This document shows, in pieces, positions 42,099 through 53,600 of a DNA stretch of 64,000 nt. The position numbers and the translations under genes are program-made. The notes under the pieces are model-generated. The model was not told the origin of the DNA. It saw only the letters and a program-made list of their open reading frames with translations, and did not search any database. Position 1 is the first letter of the stretch. Every line of letters starts with the position of its first letter. Source of the DNA: a virus (lineage: Duplodnaviria; Caudoviricetes); the IMG/VR virus record IMGVR_UViG_3300021387_001774, positions 32,001 to 96,000 of that record; one strand, 5' to 3'.

Positions 42099-43457
42099 TT
42101 AAACCGTTTCTTCAGGTCTTTTAATTATATTAAAATCTTTAACTTCATCACCATCTTTATAAGCAGTACCTTTAAGATACTTACCATTATCACACAATTT
42201 CCACCAAGCTTTATTCTCGACAGAATACAATGTAATAAGATCGATAATTACTTGTTGACGAAGACGAATGAAGTGAGTCTTAATATTCTTAATTTTTAAA
42301 ATCATTTTAGTAATTGTATCATAATTCGAAATTTTTGATTTAGCTTCAGGTGTCTCTTGATCCAAATATTTATTAATTTCTGCAATAATTGTTTTACTCA
42401 TTTCAGTAATTAGTTTATGATCTTTTTTAGCTAATTCTTTATATTCTTTAAGAGTAGTTTCAAGTTTTTCTATATAACCACCTTTACCAACAACTTTCTG
42501 AGACATTTCGTAATATTCTTGGAAATATTGGTCGAGTTTGGCATAATTCAAATTATTTCCACTTCCTGTACTACCTTTAAAATAATTATGAATTAACATT
42601 TTTTCTCTAACTACTGCCGGACTTCCAAATACAATCATATGTGCAATTTCATCAACTTTTCCATTTCTTACAATATCGTCTAGAGTAAGTTGACTACCAA
42701 CCATATACAATGTAATTCCTGCTCCAGCTCGAGCTCCATCTGCTGGTCCAGCTTCATTAACAAGAATACCTGATGCATAAAGATTATCTACAGCATTTTT
42801 AAGTATACCTAATTTTCTAGTTTCATCATCTATAACTTTTGGATTAGATGGATTTAGCTTTGTAGCTTCATCGATTACAGTTTTAAAATACTCCAAACTA
42901 GCAGCAGAAGTTCTACTACTTTTAATTTTCAAACTACAGAATTTTTCAATATTGGGTCTAGTTAAAAGTCTATAAATAAGACTGTGATCATACTCTATAT
43001 TTCCAATATTAAGAGTTTGAATAGATTCTCCACCAGTAATCATATTTAATAAAATGTTACTATGAGTATTATTGAATCCTTTAAGACCACCATCTTTTTC
43101 AAACATCTTAAAGATAGAATTCATTTGAACTCTTTTCTTTTGTATGAAAATAATAACAGTCTTAATAAGAGAAACAACAAGTTCTATAATTTTAGAGAAA
43201 ATACTTACAAGGAAAGTCCAAATTTTTAAAAAGAATTCTTTAATTTTTGTTCCAAAAGTCTTTTTATCTTCTACCTTCTCATCTTCAGTAGATCTCATTC
43301 TATATGATTTTTTGAGAAAAGCTACATTTTCATAAAAGTTTTCTCTAGTCTGTTCCAATTTTTTAGAAGTAGTTGTAATACTACTAAAGCATTCCAAACT
43401 ATCATTCAAAAATTCTTCAAATGATAGATGTACATATTCTGTATTTGAAGCAACCAT
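42099..43457 (-). CDS. Putative internal head protein
   Basis: LSFE, DSLE, RSTE sites followed by IKEFFLKIWTFLVSIFSKIIELV helix, as in 1085..2521. Confidence 0.6.
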   Translation of the reverse strand: MVASNTEYVHLSFEEFLNDSLECFSSITTTSKKLEQTRENFYENVAFLKKSYRMRSTEDEKVEDKKTFGTKIKEFFLKIWTFLVSIFSKIIELVVSLIKTVIIFIQKKRVQMNSIFKMFEKDGGLKGFNNTHSNILLNMITGGESIQTLNIGNIEYDHSLIYRLLTRPNIEKFCSLKIKSSRTSAASLEYFKTVIDEATKLNPSNPKVIDDETRKLGILKNAVDNLYASGILVNEAGPADGARAGAGITLYMVGSQLTLDDIVRNGKVDEIAHMIVFGSPAVVREKMLIHNYFKGSTGSGNNLNYAKLDQYFQEYYEMSQKVVGKGGYIEKLETTLKEYKELAKKDHKLITEMSKTIIAEINKYLDQETPEAKSKISNYDTITKMILKIKNIKTHFIRLRQQVIIDLITLYSVENKAWWKLCDNGKYLKGTAYKDGDEVKDFNIIKRPEETV

Positions 43458-43466
43458 AAAAGTCTC

Positions 43467-45062
43467 CTAAAGTAAATTTCCTGGAACTTTTAATGTTTCA
43501 GGATCTTGATATAATTTATCTTTATTGGTTTTACAACCATTTTGATACAATTCTATAGTTCGCCTATTTAAGAAATAGTTTAGTTTTTTAGGACCTCCCC
43601 ATAACCCATAAAAAGCGTCTATATGATCAGTATATTCGATCCAATAATTTTTATTACCATGAATATGACCATGTAGATTTATTGTACCTGGTTTAGTAAC
43701 TATTGGACCATGTGATAAACAGAATCCTTTTAATAAAATAGGATCTTTATATACTTCGATGAATCCACATTTCTTTAAGAATTCTTCACTACATACATCG
43801 TTATTACCAACAATCATAATCTTTCGACCATGTAATAATCTACAAGTTTCAATCAATTCTTGTTGGGCTTTCTTATCATTTTCTGTAAAGAATTCTGATT
43901 CACTTAAATCTCCCAAAAATAAGAAAAGATCATTAGGTTTAACTACTTCATTATGCATTTGAATTATTTTCTTTGTAAATTCCATAGTTCCTTCAGCTTT
44001 TCTAAGTTCTTTAAGTAAGTGATAATCTGTAGAAACCCAAGGATTTAATTTTTCTACTTTATAAATAAGTTTATTTGGTTCTACATAAAATTTGAACTGG
44101 TTCTTTGGTGTTATTTGTTTGAAGAATAATGTTAATGATTCTCCAATAATATCCATTAGTTCATTGAGAATAATTGATGTAATATAAATTCTTTTAGTAA
44201 TAAATGTAATATTTTCCATCTGTTCTTCATTACATGCTGGTATAGTTTTCTTTAATTTGATACCATTATCATATGTAAATTTAGAAACATCTATATCTTT
44301 TAGAACTATATAAATATCATTTAAAGCTAAAACCATAGCTTTTATATTATCCCAGCTTTTAAATATTTTAGAAATAGAAACAAAATTTTCTTCTTTTATT
44401 CCTAATCTTTTTAATACAATACTTGTATTTTCTTTATTTGTAAATAATGTAGAATTTTGCTCATTAGTTAATGTTAGATTAACATTAGAGAAATCCAAAT
44501 TAACTAATGTATTTATAAAATTCATATATAGTAGACCAAAAGTCTTTATATCACAATTAAAGAAACTATATCTAGATTTTGAATCATAACAATTTTTATT
44601 TGAGGAACGAACTTCTGCATTAACTAAATTTTTATAAATAGTTTCTGCAGTATCTAATAATTCATTATCGATATCAGTAGTATTATTATAATAGAAACAA
44701 GACATAATCATTTTAAATTTAGATCTTATTTCTGTAAGAGAATCATAAGTATGATTAATAAGAGATTTGGCCCATTTAGTACTTTCTACAAAATGAGGTT
44801 TCTCTATACTACCAGCAGCTTCTCTAGATCCAATTTCTGGAGTAGTATCTACACCATTTCCAGTAGTATCAGGATTAGGATAATGAGTTTTATATACTAT
44901 AGAATATTTATCCGTAGGTCTACCGTCTTCAGTATATCTGGTTTCTTCTTCAATTTCTTCTTCTTTTTCTACAAGGATCATATCGTTTGATGGAAATCTA
45001 GAATTCTTATTTGTATTTATATCTACATTATCTAGACCAATATCGTTAAAAAGGTTATCCAT
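43467..45062 (-). CDS. Late protein with C-terminal calcineurin-like metallophosphoesterase domain
   Basis: STDYH, FLGDL, VGNND, LSHGP, NLHGHIH; acidic N-terminus ending GSREAAGSIE; late-type promoter at 45087-45098. Confidence 0.75.
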   Translation of the reverse strand: MDNLFNDIGLDNVDINTNKNSRFPSNDMILVEKEEEIEEETRYTEDGRPTDKYSIVYKTHYPNPDTTGNGVDTTPEIGSREAAGSIEKPHFVESTKWAKSLINHTYDSLTEIRSKFKMIMSCFYYNNTTDIDNELLDTAETIYKNLVNAEVRSSNKNCYDSKSRYSFFNCDIKTFGLLYMNFINTLVNLDFSNVNLTLTNEQNSTLFTNKENTSIVLKRLGIKEENFVSISKIFKSWDNIKAMVLALNDIYIVLKDIDVSKFTYDNGIKLKKTIPACNEEQMENITFITKRIYITSIILNELMDIIGESLTLFFKQITPKNQFKFYVEPNKLIYKVEKLNPWVSTDYHLLKELRKAEGTMEFTKKIIQMHNEVVKPNDLFLFLGDLSESEFFTENDKKAQQELIETCRLLHGRKIMIVGNNDVCSEEFLKKCGFIEVYKDPILLKGFCLSHGPIVTKPGTINLHGHIHGNKNYWIEYTDHIDAFYGLWGGPKKLNYFLNRRTIELYQNGCKTNKDKLYQDPETLKVPGNLL

Positions 45063-45150
45063 TTAAAAACTCCAAATAGTCAGGTATATAGATATGTTTT
45101 TGGAATAATATAAAAATAAGAGTGGTAACTTAATACCACTCTTATATATT

Positions 45151-48100
45151 TTAATAAGAACCATCTTCATCAGAATTCATAAACTCTACACTATCATAAT
45201 AGTGTTCTCGTTTATATTCTGGAGAATTTTTATCGATTGTGATCTGATTACCATCACGATCATAATCTACTAAACCATAAATCTTAATATTATCACCTTT
45301 ATATCTAGCAAGAGCATTATAATATTCTTCTATATTACCATTAAATCTTATATTATTTAAGAAGTCAAGTATAATAGAATCGATAGCTTTAGTATCACCC
45401 ATATCAAATTCACGTTTTGCTTCAGCATGAGTTAGAAGTTCGGTATACAAAGCAGACTTTCTCTGCATATCTCTACTGAAAGCTTCCATTTGATTCATAA
45501 TACCAAATATATCTACAAAGTTTCTATTTTCTTGTAAGAATTCTTCTATAGGTGTTTGATATGGTAACAATTGAGAGAATTTATGGATATTATCCAAAAT
45601 GTATCTAGCTTTATTCAAAGGATTACTTGTACTATTTAATTTATTTATAAACGTTTCATCTGAAACGGTCATTAATACTGATCTAAGTGTTTTACCATTT
45701 ACAGTAATATTCATAAGTTTTTCATTTAAAACAGATGATAAAATGAATGAATCCAAACCATTTTCAATCATCATTATGATAAAATCAGTAAGTGCAGTCA
45801 ATTTATCACTAACTATGTAACTTATAAGTTGTTGTAAGACGTATTCATGTAATGGGTAAATAAATGCATCTACATCGTAATTTACCATATCTAAGTTCAT
45901 CAATAGATCTGAACGTTCAGCACCAATGAACATCTTATTAGACTCTTTATCAAATGCTATACCACTATAATCACCATATGTAATATTAGTTTTAGGAATT
46001 TCTGTAAAATCATAAGAAGTAGATTTTAATCCGCAAACTTTAATTCCCATATTAGTATTTTTAGTAGACAACGCAAAATATCGTTTACTTGAACAACCAA
46101 GGATCCAATATCCAGCAGCTATATTAGTTTCAGTAAATACTCCATTATTATAAACTCTTATACCAAGAGGTTCATCAAAGTTAGTAGCAAAGAGTTTATT
46201 ATTTAAGTAATACATTTTCCATCCAGTCTTTTCGATATCGTTTTCATTCATCAAAGGAGTAAAGTTATTATTATCTACTCTATAAAGGCCTTTAACATTA
46301 TTGAATTTCCAATATACTGTTTCATTAGGATCAAATACATAATATTCACCATTTGAAATATCTTTTGTACTATCGAAATCATATATCGTATTAGTTTCAA
46401 TAACTTTATTATAATTTTTATTATCTCCGCTATCATGAACTAAGAAATTTCTTGGTGTAAGACGCATCAATGTAACATTATTGAAAGCTTTTAATTTTGT
46501 ATTATTTTCTACTTCTAATTCAAGCTGTTCTGGATATATATACATTTGAGATTCACTAGTAACTTGACCAGCAGATGTATGTAAACTAGTAACAAATGTA
46601 GCATTATATTCACCATCATTACGTATATAATGAATAGAATCTTTAGACACATAATTCGGAATAACCAATCCTGGTATATCACGTAATGGATTAGATTCTG
46701 TATAATGTGTCAATGTTGTAGCATTTGTAGAATCAGTTGAAGAATATATCTTTAAGCCATTACTATGTGTACCAAGGAATACATAATAAGCTGTAGAACT
46801 CTTTGTTTTAGTAACTTCCACAGTAATCGTAGTATTAGTCACTGGATCTTTTTGTTGTTCTTGTACTTGACCGGTTACTGTAACAGTACGAGTTGTTTCA
46901 GCCACATATGTAAATCTATCGGTCAAATTTAATATAGAAAATTGTTTACTTCTATTTACAAATACAGGATTACCTACATTACTTGTTGGATATATTACGT
47001 GACCAAAATAATTACATTTCTGGATAAACCATCCATCACCATTATTTGTAACAGCTAAGAATGATCCATTATTCCAACGTCTGAGGCCATTATTATTCTT
47101 ACCAAGCAATAAGATTACACTATAAGCATCAATACCTTTAACTTCCCAGTTACTATAATCTTTTATACCTGTAGATTCAATTCTATTTCCTGTCCAATAA
47201 TATAATTCATCTGTATCTCTAACAAAGAAAACTACACCATAGAATTCAAATATATCTATCCAATTACCATCAGAAATATTAGTATTGATTACTTCTGACT
47301 TATCAGAATTAAGACGTTTTATACCATTGTTTTTAGTGTTTTCAGTTCCACCAAAGAACATTCCTCTAGTAGAATTAAATATAACTTTCCAGTCTCCAGT
47401 TATTACATTTGTATACTGAAGTCTTTCTAAGTTTTCATTATAACCAAAAATACCAAACTTATCAAATCCTTCAAATCTTGTAGTAAGTTTATCTTTATAA
47501 GGATAGAACATTTTATAGTCTAATCTACTTCTATCGTTAATTCCTTTCAAGAAATTAATTTCATTCCAATAGTAAGATTTAAGATAAGTTTTCAAGAATT
47601 CTTTATCATATTCTAATAAAGATTTTACAAATCCTATATCAGAAATTTCTCTAGCAAACATACTCATACAAAGATAGAAAAGATTAGCTATTGTATCTTT
47701 TTCAGCTATCTCATCTAGCTTCATAGCTTTAGAAGCCACATAAGATTTATAGATAAATACTAATACTTTAATATTCTCTAATAGAGATTCCTTTGTAGAA
47801 CTATTGAAAAGTTTAATCAAACCTGTTGGTTCAGTAATATCTGAAGCAGCAAATACGTAAGAAGATAATTCTAAGAAAGAATGAGAAATACTTGCATTAG
47901 CAATGCTTTTCTTATTCATGAAATTATAGAAATATGTTAACCATTTTATGATTGTATCTCTCATAGTAGTCATAGGAATATTAGCTGCATATCTTATGAT
48001 TGCTATAATTTCTTGATTAATAGCTGGATTAGCATCCAAGAATGCATCCATTTCACTTACTGTAGTAGGATTAGAAACATTTACTGATCCAGGAGTTATT

Positions 48101-49986
48101 GGAACACCATTTTCATCAGTAGCAACAGGAAGATCGCTATTAGATGGATCTACTTGGAAAGTTAATGCTCCTAATGCATTCTTTATATCGTCTATATTTT
48201 TAGCAGGATCTAATAAAAATCCTTCCATTTTTTGTGTATAATCATAGGCGGTTCGATCTATAGCATCCTGAAGATCAAACATTGCTTGAACACCCATGGA
48301 AGCACCTATAATACCTTTAGCCTTATCAAGTGATGCTTTAAGTGTCGTCATCGTCGGAATTTTGCACCTCTGGTAAAAGGCTTCATTAACCATACGATTA
48401 TTACCAAATATAGCATTAGAAGAAAGATAAATATAAATCTCTTTAATATTTTTATTATTTAATGTTATATATTCTGTATCGTCATATAAGAATGCTTTAG
48501 CTGAAGCACCTACTGCTCCAGTTACTTTTTTCTTATACTTTACACTTTCTGGAAGATCATTTTGTTTAGGATATCTATTACGTGATACTTTGTAAACTTC
48601 TGTAGATCCACCTTTGATAGCTGCTGATGATAGAACACCATATCTATCCATTTGAGTTTTACTCATATTGGCTCTAAGTGTTTCTATCTTTTCATTTACT
48701 TTGAGACGAGCTTTTTCAGAATCACTAATATAATCTTTAGAAAGATCATAGATATCACTATTCATCTGAGCTTCAAACATAGCATTTTGTGCTTGTTCTT
48801 TAAGTGCAGCTTTATCATTATTTACATTCTCTAAGTATCGTTTATCAGATTCTGTAGTTTGATGTGATTTAAAATCAGGCATCATAGTTTTACAATCACC
48901 TTCAGAGAATGCAAAACGTTTATTATATTTATCATCAGTAGATCCAAAATACTTTGGTAATAAATAATCTCCTGGAAGATCTTTAAAGAATTTCTCTATC
49001 TTAGAAACAGTTACGTATGTATATGAATTAATAATGAGAACTGCTAAGTTAGATACAATCATTTCTTCCATACTAGATATATCATTATCTAACTGATTTA
49101 CTACTGATAAATTATCTAAATAATCGTCTCTTTTTGTATAATCATCAGGATAAGCATCTTTTATATAATTTATAGTATTTAAATAATTTAAACGTTCTCC
49201 TTTATATTCTTCTATAGAAGCTATAACCTTTTTATAAATATAAAAAAGATTATCTGCACAAGAATTAGTAGAACAGTTAACTATATCACTTTCAAGATAT
49301 TTATATTCTTTATTGTATTTTATTCCATATTGACTATCAATAAATTCTAGAGTATGTACCCAGTCTCTAGAAAGAGCCATATTACGAATATAATGCTTAT
49401 CATAAGCTAAGTCAGCTCCAGCTTTATATAAAGCTTTAATAGTTTCACAGAATACTTTATCAGGAATAAATAAAGAAGAAACTAAGTTCTTAGTAAAATC
49501 TTCTATAATATTACTGATATAATTTATTGCTGCGTTCTCCAATTGTTTTATAGTATCGTTTAACATAGTCTTTAAAAGATTAGTTAAACTACCTAATTTA
49601 GAACCTAAGAAACCATTAAGTTTATTTAATAAACCATCTAGACCAGGTATTTTACCTAATAAACCAGAAGCTAATGTATTAAGTTTTGCTATACCATCTG
49701 ATAAGAATGTACCTACTTTTCCACTAACAGAAGAAGCTAAGTTTTTAGCTTTATCCTGTAGCGATGCAGCAGAAATTCCTCCAGACATAATACTATTTAC
49801 AAAACCAGACTTACCTTTTTCAGTTTCTTCTACTTCGTTATCATATAAAGATAAAGTATTATTAAATGGTTTCGCAGGATCAAATGCTCCACCAACACCT
49901 GGTAAATTACTCCCTATACTTGAAATCGTGTTGGAGCTACCAAGGTTTAAATTACTAACATCAAATGAAATGGGATTATCAGCCAT
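45151..49986 (-). CDS. Large virion protein (1611 aa): helical N-terminus plus beta-propeller-like repeats; putative baseplate
   Basis: Repeats TN(V/I)xxGxW and NNG(I/L)KR; late-type promoter at 50006-50017. Confidence 0.55.
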   Translation of the reverse strand: MADNPISFDVSNLNLGSSNTISSIGSNLPGVGGAFDPAKPFNNTLSLYDNEVEETEKGKSGFVNSIMSGGISAASLQDKAKNLASSVSGKVGTFLSDGIAKLNTLASGLLGKIPGLDGLLNKLNGFLGSKLGSLTNLLKTMLNDTIKQLENAAINYISNIIEDFTKNLVSSLFIPDKVFCETIKALYKAGADLAYDKHYIRNMALSRDWVHTLEFIDSQYGIKYNKEYKYLESDIVNCSTNSCADNLFYIYKKVIASIEEYKGERLNYLNTINYIKDAYPDDYTKRDDYLDNLSVVNQLDNDISSMEEMIVSNLAVLIINSYTYVTVSKIEKFFKDLPGDYLLPKYFGSTDDKYNKRFAFSEGDCKTMMPDFKSHQTTESDKRYLENVNNDKAALKEQAQNAMFEAQMNSDIYDLSKDYISDSEKARLKVNEKIETLRANMSKTQMDRYGVLSSAAIKGGSTEVYKVSRNRYPKQNDLPESVKYKKKVTGAVGASAKAFLYDDTEYITLNNKNIKEIYIYLSSNAIFGNNRMVNEAFYQRCKIPTMTTLKASLDKAKGIIGASMGVQAMFDLQDAIDRTAYDYTQKMEGFLLDPAKNIDDIKNALGALTFQVDPSNSDLPVATDENGVPITPGSVNVSNPTTVSEMDAFLDANPAINQEIIAIIRYAANIPMTTMRDTIIKWLTYFYNFMNKKSIANASISHSFLELSSYVFAASDITEPTGLIKLFNSSTKESLLENIKVLVFIYKSYVASKAMKLDEIAEKDTIANLFYLCMSMFAREISDIGFVKSLLEYDKEFLKTYLKSYYWNEINFLKGINDRSRLDYKMFYPYKDKLTTRFEGFDKFGIFGYNENLERLQYTNVITGDWKVIFNSTRGMFFGGTENTKNNGIKRLNSDKSEVINTNISDGNWIDIFEFYGVVFFVRDTDELYYWTGNRIESTGIKDYSNWEVKGIDAYSVILLLGKNNNGLRRWNNGSFLAVTNNGDGWFIQKCNYFGHVIYPTSNVGNPVFVNRSKQFSILNLTDRFTYVAETTRTVTVTGQVQEQQKDPVTNTTITVEVTKTKSSTAYYVFLGTHSNGLKIYSSTDSTNATTLTHYTESNPLRDIPGLVIPNYVSKDSIHYIRNDGEYNATFVTSLHTSAGQVTSESQMYIYPEQLELEVENNTKLKAFNNVTLMRLTPRNFLVHDSGDNKNYNKVIETNTIYDFDSTKDISNGEYYVFDPNETVYWKFNNVKGLYRVDNNNFTPLMNENDIEKTGWKMYYLNNKLFATNFDEPLGIRVYNNGVFTETNIAAGYWILGCSSKRYFALSTKNTNMGIKVCGLKSTSYDFTEIPKTNITYGDYSGIAFDKESNKMFIGAERSDLLMNLDMVNYDVDAFIYPLHEYVLQQLISYIVSDKLTALTDFIIMMIENGLDSFILSSVLNEKLMNITVNGKTLRSVLMTVSDETFINKLNSTSNPLNKARYILDNIHKFSQLLPYQTPIEEFLQENRNFVDIFGIMNQMEAFSRDMQRKSALYTELLTHAEAKREFDMGDTKAIDSIILDFLNNIRFNGNIEEYYNALARYKGDNIKIYGLVDYDRDGNQITIDKNSPEYKREHYYDSVEFMNSDEDGSY

Positions 49987-50046
49987 TGTTATACTCCATA
50001 AAATATATAAACTTGTCGTCCTTTAAGAAAATGAAAAAAAACAGGT

Positions 50047-50136
50047 TAATTATATATTATATTAATGAGTGTGTTACACTTATTATTAATTATATTATCG
50101 AAGTAGAGATGATACTACTATAAACATAAGGAAGAA
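50047..50136 (+). promoter_or_regulatory. Early promoter plus leader, type 2
   Basis: Shares GAAGTAGAGATGATACTACTATAAACATAAGG with 58519 and (one mismatch) 16112. Confidence 0.75.
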
Positions 50137-50637
50137 ATGAAAATGACTAAAGAAGAAAGAAAAGAACGTAAGAGAAAATATGATAAGAAATATTATGAAT
50201 CTCATAAAGATGAAAAGAAGAAATTTTATAAGGAACATAAAGATGAACTTAACGAAAAAAGTAAGATGTATTATGAGACTCATAAAGATGAAAGGAAAAA
50301 GTATTATGAGACTCATAAAGACGAGTATAATGAAAGATCTAAAAAGTATAAAGAGATCCATAAAGAAGAAAAGAGAGAATATTCAAAGAAGTATTATGAA
50401 TCTCATAAAAATGAAATAAAAGAAAGATCTAAAAAATATAATAAGATCCATAACGAAGAAAGAAAAGAGTATTATAAGAAGTATTATGAAACTCATAAAG
50501 AAGAAAGGAAGAAATATCGTGAGGCTCATAAAGAAGCAAGAAAAAAGCATAATAAAAAGTATTATGAAACGCATAAAGATGAGCTTAAAGAAAAAAGGAA
50601 GAAGTATCGTGAGGCTCATAAAAAAGAAACAGTTTAA
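50137..50637 (+). CDS. Protein made almost entirely of KKYYE(T/S)HKEE repeats
   Basis: 11/15-aa repeats; DNA units aagtattatga.actcataaaga. Confidence 0.7.
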   Translation: MKMTKEERKERKRKYDKKYYESHKDEKKKFYKEHKDELNEKSKMYYETHKDERKKYYETHKDEYNERSKKYKEIHKEEKREYSKKYYESHKNEIKERSKKYNKIHNEERKEYYKKYYETHKEERKKYREAHKEARKKHNKKYYETHKDELKEKRKKYREAHKKETV

Positions 50638-50656
50638 GTGTCTTCCTCAAAATTAG

Positions 50657-50696
50657 AATAAAGATGGGGAATACATCCCCATCTTTATTTTTTTTT
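50657..50696. terminator. Bidirectional terminator
   Basis: aataaagatgggga-ataca-tccccatctttatt plus T-run. Confidence 0.8.
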
Positions 50697-53600
50697 TATT
50701 TTGTTAATACATTCATAAGAACTTTAAGTGAATTATCCTTTATCTTAATCAAAGATTTATGGAATAATTTACTTGTTTTATCCGTAGATGTATAAGATCT
50801 AGCATGACTTATTACATCTTGAATAATAGTTCTTATTCTCTTTGTGAAATATTCTAATTCTAGTTTAAAGTTTACCATCATAGATTTCAAGAAATAAGGA
50901 ATGTCTGAGAAGAAATCATAAGTAGTTTCTTTCAAGAAATAGTCCTTATCTGGATCGAATTCACCACCAAGTTTTATCATATATTCTTCATCAACTAATA
51001 TTACAAAATCCTCAAGAGTACCATTTGTACTAGTTATTTCAAAATATGTAGAATCAGTAAATTCTAATACACCTTCGATAGGTTCTATATAATTACCTGT
51101 TGGTGTTATTATACCATTCTCATTTTTATAAACTTGAATTTTATTATCATTTTCTTTCACAAGCATTAAATAATAATTTCTTTCGTGTAAAGTTTTATCT
51201 ATACTTAATATAGGTTTATCAAAATTATTTAATTTATAATCATAATCATAAATTTTATGAGTATTATCATCAATTGATGCATCGATATAATTGTCTTCTA
51301 TATCTACATATTTAAATAAATTACTTATTTTTCCATCTTCATCAAAATTGTTTACACCATATTTTAATACACTTCTATCATTTGCTAATGAACCGGAAAT
51401 ATTTAAATTGAATATAGCGAATCTTGATCCTGTGCTACTCATTAATTGTGAACTTGGATCAGTTTCCATAATATCATATTTTATTACAAACCGTATATAA
51501 TCGTTATTATTAATGGTATATTTTCCAACATATCGTGAAAATCCATAAGTTAATTCATGCATTGGTATTGATGGATCTTGATCATCAGCTGTAGGATTAT
51601 CGCTATTAATATTAAAACTATAAAATTTTTGTAATTTTGGTGTATCTATTGTATCATTTTCGTTTGGAGAATCATAATAAACAAAGTTTATATTATTTTC
51701 CGAATTTTTATAAGCTAAAAAACATCTATTAATTTCGTCTTTATACGCAAATATAATACTATCTGGTAAAGAATCTGAATATTCCTTTGGTAACATTATA
51801 AGTTGGTTCGAATTATTTAAAGTATAAAAAATACTTTTTCCACTCATTGTATAATCTTGTGTATTTGTTGTTATACAGTGTAGTATTAAACAACCAGTAT
51901 TAATTCCATCTTTTGTTTCTATTAAATCTTTATAGTCAAAAACTGTTGGATCATCAAACCCGTTTATTTTAATAAAATCTTTTTCAGTACAATCTATAAC
52001 ATCTGGATCAGAAATACCTTTAAAACCACTATATCTATAAGTTGAAGTATATTGATTTAATGTGCCCTCTATTTTATTAAATTTCTTATTAAACATGTAA
52101 ACTTCTGTTTTTTGATGTGGAGCTTCGGTTTCTGTATAATCTATACTTATAATCGTTGTGTCAGAATCAATATTAGAATATTTTTTATTATAATTATCAT
52201 CAAAAGTTGGGCTATTAATTGATGGAGCTATATCTGTACACTTTTTGAGGTCTCTTGTAGAATAATCATAATAATAAATTTGAAATTTATTTTTATCTGG
52301 ACCATCTTTAGTTATTTGATTACTAAAGAAAACATTGTCACCAAACATATAAACTTCATGAACGGTATCTTCGTTATTTGGAATTAACGTTATTGGAGCC
52401 CATGTTTGATCTTCATTCTTTAGATAATCAATTATTAACCCATCATCAAAAACAAACAATTTACCATTTGAATATTCTAGTTCAGAATCACCACCAACAT
52501 TGACACTAAATAACAATACTGGTTCATCGACTCCTTCTTCGAATCTATACATGTTCATACCAGTTTCGGTTTTTGTTTTAAGATATGTATAAGTTTTACC
52601 ACTATAAATATCTCTACCTGAACATAATGAATCACCACTAACAAGTGTATGAATCAATTTAGAACCAAATGTAGCTTTCACATATTCATTAGTATTTATT
52701 TCACCAACTTGAGACTTAGTATAATAATCCATATCTGGTTTAAAATCATTTTCTTTACCATCTGGATTTTGTGTATAATATGCTCCAATCCAAGAATCAA
52801 TAGTTCTAAAAGCTAAATCATAAGTAGATTCATAATATGTTATGCTTGGATCAAAATTTTTCTTTAAGTAATATTCTTTTCCTTCAACAAATGTTATTAC
52901 TCCAGGTTCTGGATTAAGTAGATAACCATTATCTGTTGATGCTAATATTTCATCATCATTTTCATCTGTAGTATAATAATCAAAAACATTTGATTCATAT
53001 TCAGTAACTATTAAATGAGCATCTGGATCATCTACTAAATCTTTCAATGATATTGCAGTATAATCATCATTATTTGAAGTATCTCCATAACAAACAAAAT
53101 ATTTACCATTGTTGATCTTATCTATATTTGGAGTAGTATCAGCTGTTTCAGAGAATCGAATATTCGTCTTATCAAAATCATCTTCATCAGCTTGTTCATA
53201 TCTATTTTGTCTATGTATATAGAAATTACCTACAGTATCTGGAGTAACAGTAGCTTCATCGATATTTACTTGTGTATATAATGTGTTTATAAAATCTTCA
53301 TCAGTACATAATACATATTCAACACCAGAATAATCATACACCTTTTTATTGTATGTGTAACCATCAGAGAATATCTTATTATTATCTGTACCGTCTTCTA
53401 ATGAATCATAAGGTTTCTCTATCCAAATACCACCATCAAAGATATAATATACGTCTCCTTCTTGAGGACCGTTATTGATCTCTTCTTGAGTAAGCGGAAC
53501 ATATGATTCGGTAGGTGTTCCATTCATTTTATAATATTCTACTCCAGGTTGTTTACCAGAACTCTTATCAAGAAGCTTATTAAATACATCTTTCATTACT

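Noticed and set aside
50180-50620. CRISPR-like array
   Set aside because: Repeats are degenerate, in-frame coding repeats without unique spacers; no cas genes seen
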